NCBI GenBank assembly: GCA_051382305.1 | Contig: JBBCAV010000151.1 | Coordinates: 1 to 58,689, forward strand | Length of the DNA: 58,689 bases | DNA from: Bdellovibrionota bacterium FG-2 | GTDB lineage: Bacteria; Bdellovibrionota; UBA1018 | Reading direction: 5' to 3' | In this document: in pieces, positions 9,295 to 17,732 of the stretch | Numbering within the stretch: the stretch's first letter is position 1 | Layout of the letters: every line of letters starts with the position of its first letter | The notes under the pieces: model-generated | The model's database searches: none | What the model was told of the DNA's origin: nothing | The model's input: the letters and a program-made list of their open reading frames with translations, nothing else | Program-made: the position numbers and the translations under genes

Positions 9295-11203
9295 CCCAGC
9301 AGGTGCAAAAGTTGTCGTGGTGGGTGCCGGCGCCCGCGAGCACGCCTTGGCTTGGAAACTTTCTGCTTCTCCTCAAGTTTCTCAGGTCATTGTGGCACCC
9401 GGTAATGATGGGTTACCCTCAAAGTTTCAGCGTTGGGAGCTCGGGAGTTACGACTTATTTGCAAAACGTTGTGTTCAAGAAGCCATTGATCTCGTCGTGA
9501 TTGGTCCGGATAACCCACTGGCTGATGGGATCGTGGATATTCTTGAGGCCCATGGGGTATTGGCTTTTGGTCCCACTCGCAAAGCTGCGCAAATCGAATC
9601 CAGCAAAATTTTTGCTAAAGAGGTGATGCGAGCGGCGGGCATTCCTACGGGACTTTATAAAGTGTGTGAGACTGCTGAGCAGGCGCAGCGCGAAGTTGAA
9701 GAAGGCGATTGGCCAAATGGTTTGGTCGTGAAGGCCGAGGGGCTTGCTTTTGGAAAAGGGGTTCAGGTTTGTGAGACGCGCAAGCAAGCGCTTGCTGCGG
9801 TTTCGGAGCTTGCGCTTATTTCGCCTAGGCTTTTGATAGAAGAGCGCCTCTCGGGGGAAGAAGTTTCTTGGATGGCATTTTGTGAAGGCGCAGCGTGTGC
9901 GCTTTTGGAACCTGCGCGGGATTACAAGCGCTTGCGGGAGGGCGATGAAGGGCCCAATACTGGGGGTATGGGAGCGTTAAGCCCGGTGCCAGGGATTGCG
10001 CCGCATTGGGCTGCGCGAATTCGGCGAGAGGTTTTTGAGCCTGTTTTGACGGAGCTTAAGAAACGCGGGTGTGAGTTTAAGGGAGTCCTTTACGCAGGCC
10101 TCATGGTCGATTGTACGCAAGAGCGTTTTTGGGTTTTAGAATTTAACGCTCGCTTTGGCGATCCTGAAGCGCAAGTGCTTCTGCCTCGAATTCAAGGGGA
10201 TTTTTACGAGTGGTGTAGAGCCGTGGCCTTGGGAAACCTTGCCAAGCTCCCATGTGATGTCCCGTTTTCGAAAGAAGCCGCAGTCACGGTGGTGGCCGCT
10301 GCCCCGGGTTATCCGCAGGCGCCAAAGGGTGGGATATTGATCCATGGGTTTGAGGGAGTTGCTCATTTCTTTTCTGCCGCTATAAGAAAAGACGGGGATC
10401 GCTATTTAACCAATGGGGGCCGGATTTTTTCGACACTGGGAATGGGGCGCGACTTGGGTGAGGCGCGAAAGCAAGCGTATGCGCAGTTTTCGCAGGTTCA
10501 TTTTGAAGGAATGCAGATCCGCAGTGATATCGCGCAAAAGGAATCTCTTCTCTTTTCGCGCACGCCCCGCATCGCCATCTTTGCCTCCGGGCGTGGGTCT
10601 AACTTTACTGCGATTTTGAATTCGATAAGAAAAGGTGAGCTTGCAGCCCAAATCTGCGTTGTGTTTTCTGATCAAAGAGAGGCTCCCGTCATTGAGCTTG
10701 CAAGGAGCGAGGGAATCCCTGTGAGTTGCGTGCCTTTCGTTGAGTTTGGGCGTGCGCGTCGCAGAGAGTTTGAAGAGCGCGTCATAGAAGAAGTGACTTC
10801 TTTTAAACCCGATTTTATTGTTTTTGCAGGCTTTATGCGGCTCGTAAGTCGCTTCTTCATTGACGCCTTCCGCTCCTCCAAGGGATATTCTCGGATAGTG
10901 AACATTCACCCCTCTTTGCTTCCTTCTTTTCCGGGCAGCAAAGCGTATGCGCAGGCCTTTGAGCATGGGGTGAAGGTCACGGGAGTGAGTGTGCATCTTG
11001 TTGAAGAGCAAATGGATGAGGGTCCCATACTTGCCCAGGAGGCGTTTGACATTTCCGATTTGAAAACGCTGGACGAGGTTGAGAAACGCGGGTTAGCCAT
11101 TGAGCATCGGTTGTACCCCGAGATTTTGAGTTGGGTTTTGCAGGAACAGTTTCATTTAGAGAATTTAGCACCTGGAGGGAGAACGCGTGTTTTGCAGGAT
11201 TGA
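9284..11203 (+). CDS. purD-purN: Fused GAR synthetase / GAR transformylase
   Basis: N-term GAGAREHALAW, ESSKIFAK, DYKR...GPNTGGMGA, EFNARFGDPE; C-term IAIFASGRGSN, AGFMR, NIHPSLLPSFPG, GVSVHLV...DEGPI; single frame. Confidence 0.95.
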   Translation: MSANPAGAKVVVVGAGAREHALAWKLSASPQVSQVIVAPGNDGLPSKFQRWELGSYDLFAKRCVQEAIDLVVIGPDNPLADGIVDILEAHGVLAFGPTRKAAQIESSKIFAKEVMRAAGIPTGLYKVCETAEQAQREVEEGDWPNGLVVKAEGLAFGKGVQVCETRKQALAAVSELALISPRLLIEERLSGEEVSWMAFCEGAACALLEPARDYKRLREGDEGPNTGGMGALSPVPGIAPHWAARIRREVFEPVLTELKKRGCEFKGVLYAGLMVDCTQERFWVLEFNARFGDPEAQVLLPRIQGDFYEWCRAVALGNLAKLPCDVPFSKEAAVTVVAAAPGYPQAPKGGILIHGFEGVAHFFSAAIRKDGDRYLTNGGRIFSTLGMGRDLGEARKQAYAQFSQVHFEGMQIRSDIAQKESLLFSRTPRIAIFASGRGSNFTAILNSIRKGELAAQICVVFSDQREAPVIELARSEGIPVSCVPFVEFGRARRREFEERVIEEVTSFKPDFIVFAGFMRLVSRFFIDAFRSSKGYSRIVNIHPSLLPSFPGSKAYAQAFEHGVKVTGVSVHLVEEQMDEGPILAQEAFDISDLKTLDEVEKRGLAIEHRLYPEILSWVLQEQFHLENLAPGGRTRVLQD

Positions 11204-14200
11204 ACTCGCAATACGACCGGAGTTTGCTGACCCCGCATCGGATTTGTTGTTTAGAAAATTGCAGCTGGCCCACCCTGACATTGCCAAGCGAGTGCGCTGG
11301 ATGCGTTTACTCCCTGTTTTTTGGGTCGAGCTCCCTAGTTCCAGAGAAGAGATGATCCCGGCGGTGATTGAAATTTTTTGGGACCGCGTCTTGGGCTGGG
11401 TATTTACGGGGAACTTGATTCCTTCGGCGGCTGGTAAAGATGGGGGAATTCAGGATCTCATAACGGGGGCGCCGCATCGCCCGGGGGCGTTTTGGGCGCT
11501 CGAAAGGCGTTTTCGTCCTGGCGTGACGGATACGGTTGCGCGCACTAGCCTGGAGGCGTTTGAAATCGTGCTCGGTCGAAAGATGCCTGATGCAAGAGCG
11601 GCTAGCGGCAGTTTACTTTTGCTCGAAGGCCCTCAGCTGACCGAAGAAATGCTCGCGAGTATTGCGCGTGATATTTTATGTAATGAATTAATCGAAACCT
11701 GGACTCTCGTCTCAGAACACGAGCTTCAAAGAAACGATCGCTTTCATGCCGAGCGAGTCAAGCGCGATCTCCCTCGGATCCCTGTTCGGGGTAGTGCCGA
11801 GGTTCAGCACGTGTCTCTGGAGGGCGTGAGTGATGCGCAGCTGGAGCGGCTCAGTCGAGAGAAGGTTTGGGCGCTGAGTATCCCTGAACTTCGAGCGATC
11901 CGCGCATATTTTTCGAGTTCTTTGGTGCTCGCTGCTCGTAAAGCTAAAGGGCTGTCTGCTCCTACAGATGTGGAGCTGGAGGTGCTTGCACAGACCTGGT
12001 CGGAGCACTGCAAACACAAGATTTTTAATGCGAAGGTTAAATACTTCGAAGACACCAAGGCCAAAGCGGAATGGGCGAGAGAGGTGGCCATTCCTAAGGT
12101 GGTGAATAGTCTGTTTGATCAAACCATCGTAGGAACTACTGAGTTATTGCCGAAAAATTGGCTGATTTCCGTTTTTAAGGATAACGCGGGCATCATCGCT
12201 TTTGATGAAGAAGACGCGATTTGTGTAAAGGTTGAAACGCATAACACCCCTTCGGCGTTGGATCCTTACGGAGGCGCGCTCACGGGCATTGTCGGAGTCA
12301 ATCGCGATATCTTAGGTTGTGGGTTAGGGGCTAAACCTATCTTTAATACGGATGTGTTTTGTGTGGCACCTTTGGATTATGCCGGGAGTATTCCGGATCG
12401 GTTGATGCATCCTCGGAGAATTTTGGATGGGATACGAAGGGGAGTCGAAGATGGAGGCAATCAAAGTGGAATTCCCACGATCAATGGGGCCCTGGTTTTT
12501 GATGAGCGCTATTTAGGGAAACCACTGGTTTTTTGCGGCTCCGGCGGGATTCTTCCTCGAGTCATCGAAGGACGGCGTAGCGAGGTGAAGGAGATTCGTC
12601 CCGGCGATCGTGTGTGCATGCTCGGGGGGCGCATCGGCAAAGATGGAATTCATGGTGCAACGTTTTCGTCTTTGGCTCTGGATGATCTTTCACCGCTTTC
12701 TGCGGTACAGTTGGGAGATCCTCTGACTCAGAAGCGGATGACGGATTTTTTGCTTGAAGCGCGCAACTTGGGACTTATTCGTTGTTTGACGGATAACGGC
12801 GCCGGGGGGCTGTCTTCTTCAGTCGGGGAAATGGCCCGTTTTTGTGGTGAAAAAGGGGGCGCACGCATTGACGTCAGTCTTGCAAAAACAAAATACCCGG
12901 GCCTCAAACCCTTTGAACTCGTTGTGAGTGAATCTCAAGAACGGATGACGGTGGCGGTCTCTCCTGATGCGCTCCCGCTTTTTGAAACTCTGGCAGAACG
13001 GCGGGGAGTGGAGGTCAGTGATCTTGGGGAATTTTTGGATACGGGCCTTTTTGATATTTTGTACGAAGGAAAACTAGTTGCATCTCTTGACCTGAAATTT
13101 TTGCATGACGGTGTGCCCCAGCTTGAACTCGAGGCTGAGTGGCCAGGGGTGCCGGAAGGTCCGAAAGGAAATCAAACCCGGCGATTTGAATTTGAAGCGG
13201 CGGATGCACTGCTCTCCCTATTAGGATCTCCCAATATCGCTTCTAAAGAGTGGCTGATTAGGCAATACGATCACGAAGTTCAGGGCATGTCGGTCGTAAA
13301 ACCTCTCCATACGGTATTCTCAGCACAAGGCGTATTGAGTGGACCTAACGATGCAGCGGTCATCAAGCCTAAGACGACCTCTTCGGCGGGAATGGCCGTG
13401 GGCTGCGGAATCAATCCGAAGCTTTCAGACATTGATCCTTTCCTTATGGCCTGCTCAGCAGTGGATGAAGCGGTGAGAAACGTTTTGTGTGTCGGCGGCG
13501 AGTTTGGGAGACCTGAATCGGTCCTGGCGCTCATTGATAATTTTTGTTGGCCTGACCCACAGACGGATCGCTTGAAAGCCGCATGGCTTGTCCGTGCATG
13601 CTATGGGATGCAACAAGCTGCTTTGGCTTTATCGGCCCCGCTGATCTCGGGCAAAGATAGCATGAAGAATGATTTCCGTGGTATGCAAGACGGTAAACCT
13701 GTGACCATCTCAGTTCCACCGACGCTGCTGATTACCGCGATTGCGAAAGTGAGGGATATCGCAGCTTGCAGGACTTCCGATTTCAAGAGTACGGGGGACG
13801 CGATTTTTCTCTTAGGCGGGAAGTCTTTGGGTCTATGGGGGTCTGAATTTGAAAGAGTTCAAGGGGTGGCACAACTTCCGGGTTTTCCTCGCGTAGGGAT
13901 CCCCAATTGGGAAGATGCGCGCCGCCTCTATGGATGGCTGGGTGGAGAAGTTGGGAAAGAGCAATCGTTGCTTAAATCACTGCATGATATTTCAGATGGG
14001 GGCCTGTTGGTTGCTGTTGTCGAGGGGATGTTGGCCAGGGGACTTGGGGCATATGTTAAGATTCCGGACGCCACGGATGCCTGGGAGTTTTGTTTTGGGG
14101 AAGGCTTTCACAGCTTTATTACAACCGTTGCGGACTCGGATGCCGAGATACTGGAGATGGAGTTGCGGCAGTTGGGAATTGGGTTTCGGCGTTTAGGAAG

Positions 14201-14324
14201 TGTGACTCAGCGAGAGAAACTCGAAGTAATGTGGAGTCATAAAGAAGACCAGAGCGTTAAGTCTTGGAGTGTTCCCACCAAGCAGCTTCGGGTGGCGTGG
14301 CAAAAGGGAGGCTACTGGGAATGA
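11187..14324 (+). CDS. purL: FGAM synthase synthetase subunit with extended N-terminus
   Basis: QTWSEHCKHK, KVETHNTPS, GGRIGKDGIHGA, DNGAGG, SESQERM, QYDHEVQ, ISGKDSM; SD GGAGG. Confidence 0.95.
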   Translation: MFCRIELAIRPEFADPASDLLFRKLQLAHPDIAKRVRWMRLLPVFWVELPSSREEMIPAVIEIFWDRVLGWVFTGNLIPSAAGKDGGIQDLITGAPHRPGAFWALERRFRPGVTDTVARTSLEAFEIVLGRKMPDARAASGSLLLLEGPQLTEEMLASIARDILCNELIETWTLVSEHELQRNDRFHAERVKRDLPRIPVRGSAEVQHVSLEGVSDAQLERLSREKVWALSIPELRAIRAYFSSSLVLAARKAKGLSAPTDVELEVLAQTWSEHCKHKIFNAKVKYFEDTKAKAEWAREVAIPKVVNSLFDQTIVGTTELLPKNWLISVFKDNAGIIAFDEEDAICVKVETHNTPSALDPYGGALTGIVGVNRDILGCGLGAKPIFNTDVFCVAPLDYAGSIPDRLMHPRRILDGIRRGVEDGGNQSGIPTINGALVFDERYLGKPLVFCGSGGILPRVIEGRRSEVKEIRPGDRVCMLGGRIGKDGIHGATFSSLALDDLSPLSAVQLGDPLTQKRMTDFLLEARNLGLIRCLTDNGAGGLSSSVGEMARFCGEKGGARIDVSLAKTKYPGLKPFELVVSESQERMTVAVSPDALPLFETLAERRGVEVSDLGEFLDTGLFDILYEGKLVASLDLKFLHDGVPQLELEAEWPGVPEGPKGNQTRRFEFEAADALLSLLGSPNIASKEWLIRQYDHEVQGMSVVKPLHTVFSAQGVLSGPNDAAVIKPKTTSSAGMAVGCGINPKLSDIDPFLMACSAVDEAVRNVLCVGGEFGRPESVLALIDNFCWPDPQTDRLKAAWLVRACYGMQQAALALSAPLISGKDSMKNDFRGMQDGKPVTISVPPTLLITAIAKVRDIAACRTSDFKSTGDAIFLLGGKSLGLWGSEFERVQGVAQLPGFPRVGIPNWEDARRLYGWLGGEVGKEQSLLKSLHDISDGGLLVAVVEGMLARGLGAYVKIPDATDAWEFCFGEGFHSFITTVADSDAEILEMELRQLGIGFRRLGSVTQREKLEVMWSHKEDQSVKSWSVPTKQLRVAWQKGGYWE

Positions 14325-15091
14325 GTACGACAAAACCTCGAGTGCTGGTGCTGGCGGGAGATGGAATTAATTGTGAGAGCGAGACGGCCCATGCTTTTAG
14401 CCTAGCCGGATTTTTACCTCAAATTCTTCATATCAATGATCTTGTTTCAGAGCGGGTAAGCTTAGATCAGCTTTCTGGAACTTTTTCGGCGCTTGCGATG
14501 CCGGGGGGCTTTTCTTTTGCGGATCATTTGACGTCGGGCAAAGTGCTCGCCTTGAAAATTCAACATCAGCTAGGCTGGAATTTGGGGCTATTTGCGGAGC
14601 GGGGCGGGCTTGTCCTAGGCGTCTGTAATGGGTTTCAAGCTTTGATTCGGATGGGCGTTTTCGGCAAAGAAATTTCCATTACTCAAAATGCGAGCGGAAA
14701 ATTCATCAACGCTTGGACCAAGGTGACGCCTTCGGGGACGCGTTGTATTTGGCTAAAAGGGGTGGGTTCAATGGACTTGCCCATTCGCCATGGGGAAGGG
14801 CGTCTGGTTTTTGATCAGACTCGAAAAACCGAAGTGTTAGGAAAGATGGTCAGGCAAGGCCGTAATTGCTTGACCTATGAAGATAATCCAAACGGCAGCG
14901 ATGAGAATCTGGCGGGACTTTGCGATTCAACGGGTCGTATTTTTGGCTTGATGCCTCATCCTGAGGCCTTTGTTCGTTGGTCGGCGCATCCGGAGTGGAC
15001 GCTACAAGCCGGTCGCGCGAGTGCGCCCGGGCAGGGGCTTTCGTTTTTTGAAAATGCTTTTCAGGAGGTTCGGCGTGGCACAAATGTCTGA
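14321..15091 (+). CDS. purQ: FGAM synthase glutaminase subunit
   Basis: GINCE, PGGFSFAD, LGVCNGFQAL, HGEG, GLMPHPE; ATGA overlap with the purL stop. Confidence 0.95.
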   Translation: MSTTKPRVLVLAGDGINCESETAHAFSLAGFLPQILHINDLVSERVSLDQLSGTFSALAMPGGFSFADHLTSGKVLALKIQHQLGWNLGLFAERGGLVLGVCNGFQALIRMGVFGKEISITQNASGKFINAWTKVTPSGTRCIWLKGVGSMDLPIRHGEGRLVFDQTRKTEVLGKMVRQGRNCLTYEDNPNGSDENLAGLCDSTGRIFGLMPHPEAFVRWSAHPEWTLQAGRASAPGQGLSFFENAFQEVRRGTNV

Positions 15092-16676
15092 GCTTAAGAT
15101 TCAAAGAGCCCTGCTTAGTGTTTCGGATAAAGCGGGGGTAGTGGAACTGGCAACCGCTCTGGCGGAGTCGGGAACGGAACTCGTCGCCACTGGAAAAACG
15201 GCCGCGATGTTGAAGGCGGCTGGATTGTCGGTGGTTTCTATCGAGGAGATCTCGGGATCTCCAGAAGCCTTTAACGGGCGGATGAAAACGCTTTCTTTTG
15301 GGGTGTGCAGTGGCATCCTTTTTAGACGGGGAGACGCCCAAGACGAAGAAGATGCAAAACGTTTATCAATTCGGCCCATTGATTGCGTCGTGGTTAATTT
15401 TTATCCATTTGAAGAGGCGAAAAAAAAGCCCGGAATTACGCCCCAGGCGTTGATTGAAGAAGTGGATATCGGAGGCCCGACCTTGGTGCGCGCGGCGGCC
15501 AAGAATGTTCCCCATGTCTTGGTGTTGAGTGCGCCCGGGCAGTACGCGAAAGTGATTTCTGAACTCCGTGCTTCGAAAACGGTGAGTGTTGCCACGGTTA
15601 AGTCCTGTGCCTCCGAGGCTTGGGACGTTGTTGCTCACTATGATTCGGTTATTTCGGAGACCCTCGGGAAGCGGCGAATATTGCCGCTGCGCTATGGGGA
15701 GAATCCTCACCAAAGTGCTCACATTGAAATATCGGAAAATCCCCCGCTAGATTGGGCTGCTGCTTCACTTTCATATAACAATATTTTAGATCTATCGGCG
15801 GCTTATCATCTTGTGAGCGAGTTAAAGGGATTGGATCAAAATCAGGGTCAGAATAAGTGTGAGGGAACCAGCGTTGTTATTTTAAAGCATAACAATCCGT
15901 GTGGGGTGGCCTGGGTTCCCAAAACTCAAGCCTCGGCCCAAAAGGCGGCCCTCATTAAGGCTTGGGAAGGCGATCCGGTTTCTGCTTTCGGTGGAGTTGT
16001 CGTATTTTCGGATCCGCTTGAGAATGAAACAGCTCAATGGTTGTCTGAAAAGTTTGTCGATGTGGTTGCGGCGCCTGAGTTTTCGCTTAATTCGCCCGAG
16101 CGGGATCTTCTTTTGAAGAAGCGCAAGAATCTTAAGGCAGTTGAGATCTTTCGTTTCGGGGAACAGGCTCAGATGAAGGAACTCTCGATTCCGGGAGGGC
16201 GTCTTGTGCAAGCCGCCGACCTCTCTAAAGGCAATAACTCCCACGAAACTCTCGAGTTTGTGACGAACACGCGCTGGCCCGAAACATTCTCGTTGCTTGC
16301 GCGCTTTGGTATTAAAGTATGCGCCACCCTTAAATCCAATGCTTTGGCTCTTGTGCGTGAAGCGCCCGGGATTCCAGGATCGTTGCAGGTTATTGGCGCA
16401 GGACAAGGGCAGCCTAATCGCGTTGATGCGCTTCGCATTTTGGCAATTCCCCGGGCCCAAGCCGTTTTGCGAGAGAGCGGCGGGACGCTAGGTGATGCAC
16501 TTTTGGTGAGTGATGGGTTCTTTCCGTTTCGGGATTCCGTAGAGGTTGCTCATTCGGCGGGAATCACGCGGATTGTGCAGCCAGGGGGAAGCTTGAGGGA
16601 TCAGGAGAGCGTTGCGGCCTGTAACGAGTTTGGAATGGCTATGGCTTTTACGGGCGTTCGGCATTTTTTGCATTAG
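15084..16676 (+). CDS. purH: Bifunctional AICAR transformylase / IMP cyclohydrolase
   Basis: RALLSVSDK, GRMKTL, DIGGPTLVRAAAKN, LRYGENPHQ, SYNNILD, KHNNPCG, SDGFFPFRD, QPGGS, RHFLH. Confidence 0.96.
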   Translation: MSELKIQRALLSVSDKAGVVELATALAESGTELVATGKTAAMLKAAGLSVVSIEEISGSPEAFNGRMKTLSFGVCSGILFRRGDAQDEEDAKRLSIRPIDCVVVNFYPFEEAKKKPGITPQALIEEVDIGGPTLVRAAAKNVPHVLVLSAPGQYAKVISELRASKTVSVATVKSCASEAWDVVAHYDSVISETLGKRRILPLRYGENPHQSAHIEISENPPLDWAAASLSYNNILDLSAAYHLVSELKGLDQNQGQNKCEGTSVVILKHNNPCGVAWVPKTQASAQKAALIKAWEGDPVSAFGGVVVFSDPLENETAQWLSEKFVDVVAAPEFSLNSPERDLLLKKRKNLKAVEIFRFGEQAQMKELSIPGGRLVQAADLSKGNNSHETLEFVTNTRWPETFSLLARFGIKVCATLKSNALALVREAPGIPGSLQVIGAGQGQPNRVDALRILAIPRAQAVLRESGGTLGDALLVSDGFFPFRDSVEVAHSAGITRIVQPGGSLRDQESVAACNEFGMAMAFTGVRHFLH

Positions 16677-16700
16677 TATTTTTATCGAAGGGGGCTTCAG

Positions 16701-17732
16701 TTGAGCGCATTGAACTATGAGCAAGCGGGAGTGAATCGTGAAGCGGCGGATCGATTGGTGGAGAAAATCCAAACGCTTGTAAAGCCCACTTTGAATTCGA
16801 AGGTCAAGTCGTCTATTGGCGGGTATGCTTCGTTGTACGCGATTGATAAGAAACGTTTTATCGCGGCGTCCACTGACGGGGTAGGGACTAAACTAAAACT
16901 TGCCTTTCGTTTAAATCAACACAAAACCGTGGGTATTGATTTGGTTGCGATGTCGGTCAATGATCTGTTGTGCGTGGGCGCGGAACCGCTGTTTTTCTTG
17001 GACTACTTTGCGACGGGGAAACTCGATGCACAAATTGCCTCGGATGTGATTGCAGGAATTGTGACTGGCTGTAAGCAGGCTCACTGCGCGCTGGTGGGGG
17101 GTGAGACGGCCGAGATGCCTGATTTTTATGCGACAGGCGAGTACGATCTTGCAGGGTTTGCGGTCGGGTTGGTGGACGCTAACAAAACTTTACCCCAACA
17201 AAATATTCGACCCGGCGATGTGTTGATTGGTCTGAGATCTTCGGGCTGTCATAGCAATGGCTTTTCATTTTTGCGACGGTTTGTGCCGGAGGGTATTGAG
17301 GGGCTTCCGATTGCACGCGACCTGCTGCACCCCACTCGTATTTATGTCGAGGCGCTCAAGGGACTTATTAAGAAAGGCGATTTGAAAGGCTTGGCCCATA
17401 TTACGGGATCGGGTTTTCTCAATGTTCCTCGGATGAATTCGAAAGTAAGTTACGAGATTGTGCTTCCGCCTTTAGCGGAGCGCCCCGGGATTTTTGGATG
17501 GGTTCGCGATTTTTCGGGATTGGATTTGAAAGAAAGTGCTGTGACCTTCAATTTGGGGGTGGGCATGATCGCTGTTGTGGCGCCTTCGAAAGTGGCCTCG
17601 GTGTTGAGGTCGCTAAAGAAATCGGGGGAGACGGCGTGGGAGCTGGGAGTGGTGACTGCGCGTCGCAGCCGCCGCCCGTCTGAGGTTCTGTTGCGGGATG
17701 GCGAAGAAGAAGTCCTTTTGGATTACAGTTGA
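16701..17732 (+). CDS. purM: AIR synthetase
   Basis: YEQAGV, STDGVGTKL, DLVAMSVND, FFLDY, GGETAEMP, HSNGFS, AHITG, FNLGVGM. Confidence 0.96.
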   Translation: MSALNYEQAGVNREAADRLVEKIQTLVKPTLNSKVKSSIGGYASLYAIDKKRFIAASTDGVGTKLKLAFRLNQHKTVGIDLVAMSVNDLLCVGAEPLFFLDYFATGKLDAQIASDVIAGIVTGCKQAHCALVGGETAEMPDFYATGEYDLAGFAVGLVDANKTLPQQNIRPGDVLIGLRSSGCHSNGFSFLRRFVPEGIEGLPIARDLLHPTRIYVEALKGLIKKGDLKGLAHITGSGFLNVPRMNSKVSYEIVLPPLAERPGIFGWVRDFSGLDLKESAVTFNLGVGMIAVVAPSKVASVLRSLKKSGETAWELGVVTARRSRRPSEVLLRDGEEEVLLDYS

